DNA of 64,000 nt, taken from an uncultured candidate division Zixibacteria bacterium. Lineage in GTDB: Bacteria; Zixibacteria; MSB-5A5; GN15; FEB-12. The notes below the pieces were generated by a model, which was not told where the DNA came from, searched no databases, and saw only the letters and a program-made list of their open reading frames with translations. The position numbers and the translations under genes were made by a program. Within the stretch, counting starts at the first letter, position 1. Each line of letters opens with the position of its first letter. The stretch lies in assembly GCA_963806185.1 (NCBI GenBank), contig CAWDXE010000001.1:608001-672000 (forward strand). Reading direction: 5' to 3'. Shown here one piece after another: positions 53,651 to 62,610 of the stretch.

Positions 53651-55372
53651 TTATTGGCCCATCAGAGCCTGGTACTCGCGATTGAACTTTTCCGATTCCG
53701 GCTTGGCTTCAGCCGCCTTGGCATACGCCTCTCGGGCTTTGTCTTTCAGATCCAGCTTCAGATATATCTGCCCGAGTTTCCAGTATGATTTCCAGTTGTC
53801 TGAATCGTTCTCTATTGCCTTCTGAAGTAGCTGCACCGCTTCAGTCAGGCTACCGCTCTTTTCTTCCAGAATCGCCAGATTGTGATACGCTTTAGCGTAA
53901 GTCGGGTCGCGCTTGATTGCCTCGCGCAAGTCAGCCCGGGCGTCATCGATTCGGTTGAGTTCACTGAAAGCTTTAGCGCGGTTGAAGTAGGATTCCGGTG
54001 AATGAGTTAACCCTATTAATCGGGTCAAATAGACCGCCGCAGAGTCATACTCTTCAAGTTTCAGGTAGGTGGTGCCGAGATTGTTAAGCCCTTTTGTATT
54101 CACCGGATCCTGATCGAGCAAGGTGTGATAGGCCGCGGCCGCATCCTCCGACTTGTCCTGCTTACTGGAACACAGCGCCAGATTGAAGAGGGCCTTCAGG
54201 TTTTCCGGATCGAGTTCCACCACATTGCGGTAGGCGATTTCGGCTGAATCGAACCGCTGACGATCATAATAGAGCTGCGCCAGACTGAAATATGCCTTTG
54301 AATAGTTCGGCTTGAGCGCTACCGCCGCCCGGTAATGTCTCAAGGCACTATCGGGCTGATTCGCCTTTTCAAACAGCAGCGCCAGGTTATAGTGCGCTTC
54401 ATGATAACTGCTGTCATACTTGATTGCCGCGCGGTACGCCTCGGCGGCTTTATCGAATCGTTCCAGATGGTTGTTGGCGATGGCCAGGTTGAAATAGGTT
54501 GCGGCGTCAGTTGGCTCGATCACAATCGCCTTCTCATACGCGCCGACAGCCTTGTCATACTGCTCCACCTTGCTGTAACAGACGCCGAGATTCTTGAACA
54601 CGCGCGACTTCTTCATCCCCAGCGATGCCACCTTCTCAAAATCGCTCGCGGCTTCGGCGTACTTGCCGTCGTTCATGCGAATGAGGGCCAGGTTGTAGCG
54701 CGCTTCCGTGTATCCAGGCCGCAAGCGCAAGGCGTCGAGATAGCTCTTCTCGGCCTGCTTGTCGTTCTTCAGTCGATGATAAACCAGCGCCAAATTGTAG
54801 TGTGCCGGTGCCGACTCGGCCGACTTGCGAATCTCCGTCGCCTTCTTAAACCAGGTGATCGCGTCATCGTTTGATCCGATGGACATGTACAGCGTGGCCA
54901 GGTTGTAGTTCGGCTTATAGTAGAATGGCCGGAGCGCGATGGCTTGTTTATACGATCTTATGGCATCGCCCATCTTTTCGGTGCGATGATATACGATCCC
55001 CAAGTTGTACCACGCACGCGCGTACCCGGTATCGATTTCAAGCGCCTTCTTCAGGTACGGAATAGCGTCGCTGTACGCCTTCTTGGTGATGAGCACTGAG
55101 GCCGAGTCGTTGTAGGCAACCGCCTGCGGATTGCGACTATTGGTCATCTCATCGTCAGCGTCTGTCGACGAAGAATCGGCTGTAGAATCGACCACCGGCT
55201 GCGATTCAATCTCCGATGCGGTCGACCCCTGCGTGATCGGAGCAGCCGCTTGAGCGGTGACGTGAATGACTTCGCGCCGCTTGTCGTCAATCGAGCCGCT
55301 CTTTTCCACGGCGAAAACGACAACCGCCGCGGCGCAGATCCAGGCAATGATATTAATGATATAGTACTTCAT
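53651..55372 (-). CDS. Membrane-anchored multi-TPR protein
   Basis: N-terminal TM followed by more than 12 TPRs (AxYNLA/G). Confidence 0.9.
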   Translation of the reverse strand: MKYYIINIIAWICAAAVVVFAVEKSGSIDDKRREVIHVTAQAAAPITQGSTASEIESQPVVDSTADSSSTDADDEMTNSRNPQAVAYNDSASVLITKKAYSDAIPYLKKALEIDTGYARAWYNLGIVYHRTEKMGDAIRSYKQAIALRPFYYKPNYNLATLYMSIGSNDDAITWFKKATEIRKSAESAPAHYNLALVYHRLKNDKQAEKSYLDALRLRPGYTEARYNLALIRMNDGKYAEAASDFEKVASLGMKKSRVFKNLGVCYSKVEQYDKAVGAYEKAIVIEPTDAATYFNLAIANNHLERFDKAAEAYRAAIKYDSSYHEAHYNLALLFEKANQPDSALRHYRAAVALKPNYSKAYFSLAQLYYDRQRFDSAEIAYRNVVELDPENLKALFNLALCSSKQDKSEDAAAAYHTLLDQDPVNTKGLNNLGTTYLKLEEYDSAAVYLTRLIGLTHSPESYFNRAKAFSELNRIDDARADLREAIKRDPTYAKAYHNLAILEEKSGSLTEAVQLLQKAIENDSDNWKSYWKLGQIYLKLDLKDKAREAYAKAAEAKPESEKFNREYQALMGQ

Positions 55373-56244
55373 AGTCTCTTCCGTAAACCGGCCTGATTGG
55401 CCAGTTGAATATTCAGTCCCGGGCGGGCGTTTACTTCCAGAATCAATGGCCCCTGAACAGCATCGCAGACGAAATCCACGCCGATATACCCCAGTCCGAC
55501 AATTTCGCTTACGCGCGACCCTATCTCGAGCATTTCCATGAAATAGGGAATCGGCTGACCCGCCAGCGGCGCGCTCGACTCCGGATGATGCCTGATGATA
55601 TCGTTGTGGTGTACGCCATCAAGCGACAGCCCGGTGGCGATGTCGATCCCTACCCCGATACCTCCTTGGTGAAGATTCGCCTTGCCATCCGACTCCTTGG
55701 TCGGCAGGCGGCACATTGCCATAATGCACCGATCCAACTTGTATATCAGGCGGATATCACCAACTCCTTCGATCCCCTCCGGGATGAATGGCCGCAACTC
55801 GGGGTGATTGACTACGGTCTCTTCGAAATAGCACGTGTCAGCCACATTATCCAGGGAGAACGCACCGTTCAGTATCTGTAAGACATGGAAAGATACATCC
55901 TCAGCTGTCCACTCTTCCCCGGACGATTGATAACCACTCTCCGTGCGCTTGACGAGCTTGATCCCGTTACCGCCGTAACCGGTATTCGGCTTGATGACAA
56001 AGTTCGGAAATTCGCGCACGACTACTTCCCAACGCGCCAGTGACCTGGGATCGATAACCTCGTGATACGTTCGTGGAGTCGGAATGCCCGCCTTGGACAA
56101 CAACTCCTTACAACGCAACTTGTCGTCGACATTCGGAAAGAATCGACGTTCGTTGTGGGTGTAGATCAAGTCAAGATTGCGGGCGTTGATCCCCAGAACT
56201 CCTTTGCGCGAGGGTAGCCAATTGGTCAGTCTATCTTTCAGCAT
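55369..56244 (-). CDS. Alpha-L-glutamate ligase-like ATP-grasp protein
   Basis: VLGINARN, VDDKL, FVIKP..GYGGNGI, ANLHQGG, LEVNARPGLNIQLAN. Start trimmed to MLKD. Confidence 0.88.
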   Translation of the reverse strand: MLKDRLTNWLPSRKGVLGINARNLDLIYTHNERRFFPNVDDKLRCKELLSKAGIPTPRTYHEVIDPRSLARWEVVVREFPNFVIKPNTGYGGNGIKLVKRTESGYQSSGEEWTAEDVSFHVLQILNGAFSLDNVADTCYFEETVVNHPELRPFIPEGIEGVGDIRLIYKLDRCIMAMCRLPTKESDGKANLHQGGIGVGIDIATGLSLDGVHHNDIIRHHPESSAPLAGQPIPYFMEMLEIGSRVSEIVGLGYIGVDFVCDAVQGPLILEVNARPGLNIQLANQAGLRKRL

Positions 56245-56246
56245 GC

Positions 56247-57848
56247 TCAAGCCCGTATCAACAGATGTTTGAATCGAACATATTCCATGAGGCGAAATCC
56301 GGAATACCTCCCGATGTAGATGTAGAGCGCTATGACAACGAGTATCAGCTCCGGAAAGCTTATCACTAATGACTGGAGGAAGCGCCACGACATGAGGCCG
56401 TAGGCCACCGCCGCGACCGCGAGCGTCAGGGCGGCAGTCCGTGCGGCATGCTTTACGCCGAATTCTTCCGTTACCAACGAGAATCGTTCGACCGTCAGCG
56501 TCAGTATCACCATGGGAAACAGCGCAACTCTGGCAACGTCGAGCCAGCCCAGGCGAACGCCCAGAATGGTGATGCCGAGTATGAACAGCACCAACGAGGA
56601 GAGGATGATGGCCAGCCGTGGGGTATGGAGCAACTGCAGTCGGGATAGGACTAATCGCACCAACGCGCCAAAAGCAATGATGGTCGCAAACAGCGCAACG
56701 CCGATAGTCAGGCCGGTATCTCGAAAACCGATCGCCAACAGGGCAGGCATGAACGTGCCAAAGGTTTCGATGCCGATAAGGTTGCGAAAGAGTACCACTG
56801 CCAGAATACCGATCGGCAACATGATGATAATGCGTAGTAGTTCGAGCGAGATAGCGACTCGCTTGAAGGTCGCCCATATATTGAGAATATCGAGCGGGCT
56901 TTCGCCGGCCGTGGTTATCCCGGCACTGTTCTGAACCAGTCGCTTTTTCAGATTGAAGAAGTACTTGAAATTGATGTCTTTCGTGTGCGTGATCGCCGGT
57001 TTCTCGCCGTAATACAATATGAGATAATCGGACGGGATTTCCGCAAAGTACTTGTTGGTCGGGCAGAAGGGCACCCAGTAACCGGCTATATACGCTTCCA
57101 CCCAGATGTGTGTTGCCCGTGACTGCCCCTGGCTCAGTATCTTTCCTCCTACCAGACGCGTCGGCAATCCAATATGACGGGCCAGGGCAGCAAATAGCCG
57201 CGCTTTACCGCCGCATGACGCTTCTCCCAGATGGTACGCGGTCAGCGCATCCGTAGTCCCCGAGTACTGCACATACTTCAACCCGAAGGTGGTGAAGTTG
57301 TAGATAGCGCGTGTATTTGCAAGCACCGTACTATCGGGCGAAAGGGCCAACGAATCGGCCAACCTTGCCATCTCAGGGCTGTCGGATTGAATGGCGGTGT
57401 CGGTCAATAGATACCTGGCAACCGAGTCGGGAACGGATTCACTTGATATCAGAGTGGAATCGATGACGAATTTCTGGTTCTTCGTTATCACCGTCGCCGT
57501 GTAGGTAAGCCGCCGCCGCCCGTCCACGCCGTCAGAACGCCAGACCCCGAGCCGATCTCCATCGATCGTCTCCACTTCGAATTTCAGATCGCCTGAATTG
57601 AACGCCTCGTCCGAGACGGACTGGTTGGTTAGATTCTGCGGGAGAGCCATCGCAATGTCTACCGCTGAGCCGTGACCGTCAAACTCCATCACCGTCTCCA
57701 GGTAGTAGCTCTCGGTCTGGACGATGGCATCAAGCGTATACCCAAGATAGGCGATCTTGAAAAACGCCATGGCGGAGGCCGCCGTCACCAGCAATGCCGG
57801 CAGTACACCGACCAGCCATCGCGAATTGTGGCGAATTCTCACGGACAT
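56247..57848 (-). CDS. Transglutaminase-like domain fused to 7TM domain
   Basis: SCGGKARLF, HIWVE, WVPFCPT; C-terminal RNLIGIETFGTFMPAL, LFPMVIL...ERF, GRYSGFRLMEY.RF. Confidence 0.85.
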   Translation of the reverse strand: MSVRIRHNSRWLVGVLPALLVTAASAMAFFKIAYLGYTLDAIVQTESYYLETVMEFDGHGSAVDIAMALPQNLTNQSVSDEAFNSGDLKFEVETIDGDRLGVWRSDGVDGRRRLTYTATVITKNQKFVIDSTLISSESVPDSVARYLLTDTAIQSDSPEMARLADSLALSPDSTVLANTRAIYNFTTFGLKYVQYSGTTDALTAYHLGEASCGGKARLFAALARHIGLPTRLVGGKILSQGQSRATHIWVEAYIAGYWVPFCPTNKYFAEIPSDYLILYYGEKPAITHTKDINFKYFFNLKKRLVQNSAGITTAGESPLDILNIWATFKRVAISLELLRIIIMLPIGILAVVLFRNLIGIETFGTFMPALLAIGFRDTGLTIGVALFATIIAFGALVRLVLSRLQLLHTPRLAIILSSLVLFILGITILGVRLGWLDVARVALFPMVILTLTVERFSLVTEEFGVKHAARTAALTLAVAAVAYGLMSWRFLQSLVISFPELILVVIALYIYIGRYSGFRLMEYVRFKHLLIRA

Positions 57849-59371
57849 GACGCGGCCCCTACGATATCACGACGAGTCACGGCCGATCCCGCCTTGGAGC
57901 AGTTCGGATATTGCGTAATCACCGTGCAGTATTCGGAATGGGCAGGGGCATTGTTGGATGATCCATTGAGCTGCTCGTAACAACGGCCCGCCCAGTAGTG
58001 AGCGTCGCCTGCATCCTTTGCGGTAGGATAGCCGTTGTAGTAAGCCTGATAAGCGGTCAGTGCGTTCGTGTAGTCCGCATCATTATAGTAGGCGGTGGCA
58101 ATTCTGTATTTGGCGTCGGAGACAAAGTCGTTGGTCGGATACGTAGCGATAAACGACTGGTAGAGCGTAACGGCGGTCGGGAAGTTACCCAGATTGTATT
58201 CACAGTTGGCCTTGTAATAGGCCGCGTGTGGGGCGTAGGACGAGGTCGGAAATTTCACCCGCACCGAATCGAAGTCATCGCGGGCCTGAATAAACGTGTT
58301 GGTCTCCATCTTGTATTTGCATTGCGCCCGGTAGTACCAGCACTCGGCAATCTTATCTCCCGTTGGATAGGCACTGATGGCCGTATTGAATTGCGTCAGG
58401 GCCTGCGAATAATTGTCCTGATTGTAATATGACATCCCCTTGTAATAACTGGCCCGCTCGGCGTTCAGTGTGTTGGGATACTGCGTGATAACCTTGGTAA
58501 ACTGCGTGATCGCCGAGGTCCACTGGTCGGTGCTGTAATAGAGATACGCTGAACCGTAAATCGCATCAGGCGCATTCAGTGAGCTCGGGTAGGTGGTTTC
58601 CACCGCCAGGTAGGCCGCGATGGCTGACGAATAACTGGCAAGGGCTTCGTATTCGCGTCCAACTCGATACTGAGCCTGCGGGGCGATGAATCGGGTGGCG
58701 TAATTGGTCACGACGAACTGAAAATCCGCCAGCGCACTGTTAAAATTCCGCTTGGCGTCCTTGTAGGCTCCGCGCCAATAGTAGGCATCCGGAACCAGGC
58801 TGTCGGCAGGAAACGTACTTATCAGGACGGAAAAATTATTGATCGCTGAATCGTACATATTCTGCTGACCAAATGCCAGGCCGATACGATAGCGACTCAC
58901 CGCCGCATATGGTCCGGTCGGATTACCGGAAATCAGGTTGCGAAGACGCGCTATGGCACTGTCGGTATGATCGTACGTATACATCCGCATCGCCTCGCCG
59001 AACAGTTGCGCCACCGTGTTGTTGCTTGCCGCCAGTGTCACTGTCGGATTGGATACGGTTTGCCCGGCTGTCGTCACGGCGACACCGGCCAGATTCTGAT
59101 CCGCGTATCCGGCTTTCGAGAATGTCAGCGTGTAGGTACCATATGGCACGCCGACAATCGTATAGCTGCCGGCGCTATTCGTGGCACCGATAATGCCGGT
59201 ATTCCCGACATACACGAATATCCCCGCATGGTTGCCTGTACCTGATAACGTCGCCGTTCCAGTCACGGTACCGGACGGAATGAGGTCAACATTCACAAAT
59301 GTCGTGTCTGCCTGGGCCAGGGTTGTGCAAAGACTGATGGCCGTCAAAGTAAGAAACAGGACTCGCTTCAT
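57839..59371 (-). CDS. Secreted protein with carboxypeptidase-regulatory-like domain and BamD/YbgF-type TPRs
   Basis: Signal peptide; GTYTLTFSKAGY; repeated YP.S..APDA.Y motifs. Confidence 0.8.
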   Translation of the reverse strand: MKRVLFLTLTAISLCTTLAQADTTFVNVDLIPSGTVTGTATLSGTGNHAGIFVYVGNTGIIGATNSAGSYTIVGVPYGTYTLTFSKAGYADQNLAGVAVTTAGQTVSNPTVTLAASNNTVAQLFGEAMRMYTYDHTDSAIARLRNLISGNPTGPYAAVSRYRIGLAFGQQNMYDSAINNFSVLISTFPADSLVPDAYYWRGAYKDAKRNFNSALADFQFVVTNYATRFIAPQAQYRVGREYEALASYSSAIAAYLAVETTYPSSLNAPDAIYGSAYLYYSTDQWTSAITQFTKVITQYPNTLNAERASYYKGMSYYNQDNYSQALTQFNTAISAYPTGDKIAECWYYRAQCKYKMETNTFIQARDDFDSVRVKFPTSSYAPHAAYYKANCEYNLGNFPTAVTLYQSFIATYPTNDFVSDAKYRIATAYYNDADYTNALTAYQAYYNGYPTAKDAGDAHYWAGRCYEQLNGSSNNAPAHSEYCTVITQYPNCSKAGSAVTRRDIVGAASCP

Positions 59372-59418
59372 GGTTTGCTCCCTATATTCTCAGTCGTCAT
59401 TTTCCGGTTGATAACCGC

Positions 59419-59922
59419 TCACTGGCACGCCGGCAGCGGAGTGAAATTGATGAAAAGATTGTCGATAAGTGCGGTCAGATCGCCGATATCGACATTGCCG
59501 GTTGGATCGCCATCGCAGTTGGCCTCCTTCACACAACACAGCGGCGTGAAGGTGATAAACAAATTGTCTATCAAGCCGGTCAAATCGCCGATGTCGACAC
59601 CGTCGCCCGGCGAGCAGTCAACATTGCCGACTGTCGCCACACAACAGGTGCCAACGGCAACATTCGTGCGGATGAGTGGTTGGTAGTTGGAGCGCCCAAC
59701 CAGAAAGGTATACGCCCCGTCAGGCACGTTCGGGAATAAGTACTTTCCGGTTACGTCCGTCTGGGTGCTGTCTCCTGTCTGCAGTATCTTGACCACCACG
59801 TTTGGAACCGGCTGGGCCGTCACGGAGTTCTTTACAACTCCGCTGACCGTCCGAGCGGCTACGTGTGTCCCGACTATGCTGACAAAGACAAGGATGAGAA
59901 TCAGTTGGAAGAACTTTGACAT
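59419..59922 (-). CDS. Small secreted protein: carboxypeptidase-regulatory-like domain plus dockerin-like tail
   Basis: VSGVVKNSVTAQPV..TDVTGKY; CCVATVGNVDC..VDIGDLT twice. Confidence 0.8.
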   Translation of the reverse strand: MSKFFQLILILVFVSIVGTHVAARTVSGVVKNSVTAQPVPNVVVKILQTGDSTQTDVTGKYLFPNVPDGAYTFLVGRSNYQPLIRTNVAVGTCCVATVGNVDCSPGDGVDIGDLTGLIDNLFITFTPLCCVKEANCDGDPTGNVDIGDLTALIDNLFINFTPLPACQ

Positions 59923-60193
59923 GCTTAGGCCCGTAGCTAAGGGTTCAAAGAATCGATGATTGGCTGTCTTTCAATCAAGAACAGCACGGGTCCAATTTGG
60001 TGCATTTTCAAGCGAAGATTTCTGAAAAAACTTCGCTGGCGACTTACTTTAGTGCGAGACCGGGCGATGGAGATATTCCCCGAACCCGAGCGCCAAATGC
60101 CTATCACGCGTCTATCTAACCAAGATATCAATTATCGGCATTTCGTCAAGAAGGCAATAGTCCCATGCTGCCGAAGCAGTAATATGGATTATG

Positions 60194-61300
60194 TTACTCT
60201 GTGATACGATCTTTATGGCCTTCAAAGAGAGATTGATAAGCGGCATATCGTGGTAGATTCGGCCCCGCGTACAGTCGTTTCGGCCAGGCGAGCAACATCA
60301 CGGCCAGCACGTTTCGATGCTCCCCCTGAGCCAGATCGGTGTTGCCGAGTACGGACGGAATCATACGGTTCTTTGCATCGTACGCTTTGACAATCGCCTT
60401 GCGGCAGGCGTCGACCAGCGGGTTCTGTTCCTGCCGGGTGAGGCAAAAGCATAGACCTACCTCGGCGATAATATCCGGCGTGGCTTCTTGCAGGATTCGC
60501 CGACTCCTCGCGGCGAAGTAAGAAGTGATTCCGCCATATGCAGAAGAGTCAACCCATTCCTGATAGTAGCAGCTTGCAGCGAGAACGATGTGAGTTAAGG
60601 CATATAGCTTGTCGCCAAACTCGTCGGCATCAAGATTGCGATCGAGCGAGTCCGGGAAAACGCTTTCTACCACGGCCCGGTACGAATCTCGAAAATCAGC
60701 TGCACCCAGCGCCTGGAGGTAATAGACGTAGTTTACCGCCTGCGGAGCGAAGACACGAACGACGGCTGTGTCGAGGAGAAACGGGGCAAAATTGTGTGCC
60801 GCTACCACCTGCTTGGCGCGTTCGAAGAGTCCGGAGAACCGCGAAGAATCGAGCCCGTACTCAAAGAGCTTGTTAGTCTGTGTCAGAACGTTGAGATAGA
60901 TCAGCTCCCCTTCCCATTTCTTGAGCACCTCACCCCGCATTTGTGCCTTTCGGGTATTGCGGGAGAACGGCTGGAACAGACCGGCCGTCCGTTGCTCGCA
61001 GTAGTCCGGATCCCCGAGCGAATCCAAGTCGCGCTCGAGTTGATCGATGGTCAGGCTGACATCAAAGAGGATCGGATAGATGAGCGAGGTATCACCGGTG
61101 GTACGGTAGATTCGCACGGCATAGTGGCGTTGGATATCGGGATCCAACGTGTGCAGGGAGGACTCGAATCCGGTCCTGATCTCTCCCGCAATCCGTGCAT
61201 ATATGTCTTTCGCATTTATGGTCGGGCAGTATCCCACACACATTGCAACCAGAAGCAGGGATGCAACGGGACTGAGCCAGCGAATGAAGGATGACTTCAT
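60194..61300 (-). CDS. Exported protein, DUF3541-like
   Basis: HYAVRIYR, LYALTHIVLA, DIIAEVG, GEHRNVLA; family assignment from memory. Confidence 0.6.
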   Translation of the reverse strand: MKSSFIRWLSPVASLLLVAMCVGYCPTINAKDIYARIAGEIRTGFESSLHTLDPDIQRHYAVRIYRTTGDTSLIYPILFDVSLTIDQLERDLDSLGDPDYCEQRTAGLFQPFSRNTRKAQMRGEVLKKWEGELIYLNVLTQTNKLFEYGLDSSRFSGLFERAKQVVAAHNFAPFLLDTAVVRVFAPQAVNYVYYLQALGAADFRDSYRAVVESVFPDSLDRNLDADEFGDKLYALTHIVLAASCYYQEWVDSSAYGGITSYFAARSRRILQEATPDIIAEVGLCFCLTRQEQNPLVDACRKAIVKAYDAKNRMIPSVLGNTDLAQGEHRNVLAVMLLAWPKRLYAGPNLPRYAAYQSLFEGHKDRITE

Positions 61301-61456
61301 TAATAGAAGATCAGGCAAACTCGCCAATTGTCAAGTTAAGAAACCACCGTAACGTTATCCCCTTTAAGCAATTGGCCACGACCTCTTCCTCCGATTGAGC
61401 AGCTGTCATAACATTATAATGAGGAGGGAGCTTATCACTTTGTCGGCCTGATGGTC

Positions 61457-61507
61457 TCAGGCAGTCCCTATCACCCGGTTGCGGAACGCGTCTCGTAGAC
61501 TCCGCCA
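61457..61507 (+). repeat. att-like repeat copy 6
   Basis: TCAGGC...CCCGGTTGCGGAACGCGTCTCGTAGACTCCGCCA. Confidence 0.88.
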
Positions 61508-61597
61508 CTATCTTATCTCTATAATCACCAACGAGTTGCCGTGATATCAAAAATCCGACCTCAGTCTCTGAAGACTCTGCGAAATCCTGGATAGGCC

Positions 61598-61647
61598 TTG
61601 ACCAAAAATGGGAATTCGCCGATATTGTTCGATATATGTCGAACAAT
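61598..61647 (+). promoter_or_regulatory. Promoter and palindromic operator overlapping the arsR start
   Basis: TTGACC-N17-GATATT; ATTGTTCGA-tatatg-TCGAACAAT (61624-61647). Confidence 0.7.
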
Positions 61648-61992
61648 CGAAATAAGAAGATCGGCGACTATACCCGGATGTTCGCCGCTCTATCAAACCC
61701 ACACCGGGCAGCGATTCTCCTGCGCCTGGCCAATTGTTGCTGTGGTGATGCCATTAGTTGCAGCCACGATGAGATGCGAACCTGCGTCGGCGACGTCGCC
61801 AAACATCTCAAGATCGCGGCGTCCACGGTTTCACACCACATCAAAGAACTGCACCAAGCCGGATTGATCAAGATGGAGCGTTGTGGGAGAACCGTCAAAT
61901 GTTGCGTTGATGCTGAAGCCGTGCGAGAATTGGCCAATTTTCTCGATCGAGCGGTGAAGCAAGCACCGAAACCTGAACGAAAGAAAGCCTGA
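61636..61992 (+). CDS. ArsR/SmtB-family regulator, Cys-rich
   Basis: FAALSNPHRAAIL, NCCCG..SC, STVSHHIKELHQAGLI. Confidence 0.9.
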   Translation: MSNNRNKKIGDYTRMFAALSNPHRAAILLRLANCCCGDAISCSHDEMRTCVGDVAKHLKIAASTVSHHIKELHQAGLIKMERCGRTVKCCVDAEAVRELANFLDRAVKQAPKPERKKA

Positions 61993-62008
61993 GAGACGGA
62001 GGATCGAC

Positions 62009-62605
62009 GTGGACGATAACGGTAATTTCAATCAACCCGGTTGCTGTGAAGATGGCCAATGCTGCCCGCCAACACCAAGCGGCGAAAGTCGTAGGCCTGG
62101 CCTATGGAAAATCTGGATTTTCTCGGGGGTAATTCTGCTGGCGTGTACCGTGGCGGCGTATTCTTTGTTTTGGCGAAGCGACAAGACAGCGGCTTCGGCC
62201 TGTTGCCCGCCTGGTTCAGCAGCGGCTGCCGCGTGCGGCCAGGCCGCGACCAATCCCGGTTTCGACCACACGGCTGCCCCGATTGGTCTGTCACTTGTTG
62301 TTCTAACTAAAACAGGTGAGGCACTCTCCGGTGAAAAGCTGGCCATGATCGGCGAAGTGCGGACGTCCCTTGAGTCACATGACGCACGACTGCAATTCGA
62401 AACGCTTGAGTCAGGAGACACCGCCTTCCTGAAGCTCGTGAATCAGTATGGAATTACCGCACTTCCCGCGGTGATCGTGACGGGGCAAGACAAAGTCCTC
62501 GTGCTCAGTGAAAGACAGGTAAACGCCAATACGATCCTGAGCGTCTTCAATCCAGTCCCGGCGTCAGCCGCAACTGATTCAACGTCAAAGAGCGGATCAC
62601 TGTAG
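62009..62605 (+). CDS. Cys-pair-rich membrane-anchored protein, possibly thioredoxin-like fold
   Basis: GCC..QCC, one TM, ACC..AC, LVNQYGITALPAVIV; RBS GGAGG. Confidence 0.55.
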   Translation: MDDNGNFNQPGCCEDGQCCPPTPSGESRRPGLWKIWIFSGVILLACTVAAYSLFWRSDKTAASACCPPGSAAAAACGQAATNPGFDHTAAPIGLSLVVLTKTGEALSGEKLAMIGEVRTSLESHDARLQFETLESGDTAFLKLVNQYGITALPAVIVTGQDKVLVLSERQVNANTILSVFNPVPASAATDSTSKSGSL

Positions 62606-62610
62606 GAAGG

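Noticed and set aside
56245..56877. Long N-terminal extension of the ATP-grasp ORF, and similar extensions at 36978-37211 and 24223-24480
   Set aside because: They overlap upstream genes in another frame or precede a clear RBS and signal peptide; treated as ORF-caller artefacts.
42840..59650. Near-identical dockerin tails read as DGR template and variable repeats
   Set aside because: No reverse transcriptase in the window, and all copies are in-frame ends of intact genes.
33787..61507. Repeats read as a CRISPR array or integron attC sites
   Set aside because: Spacing is kilobases, there is no cas or intI gene, and there is no RYYYAAC...GTTRRRY inverted structure. The tRNA identity explains them better.
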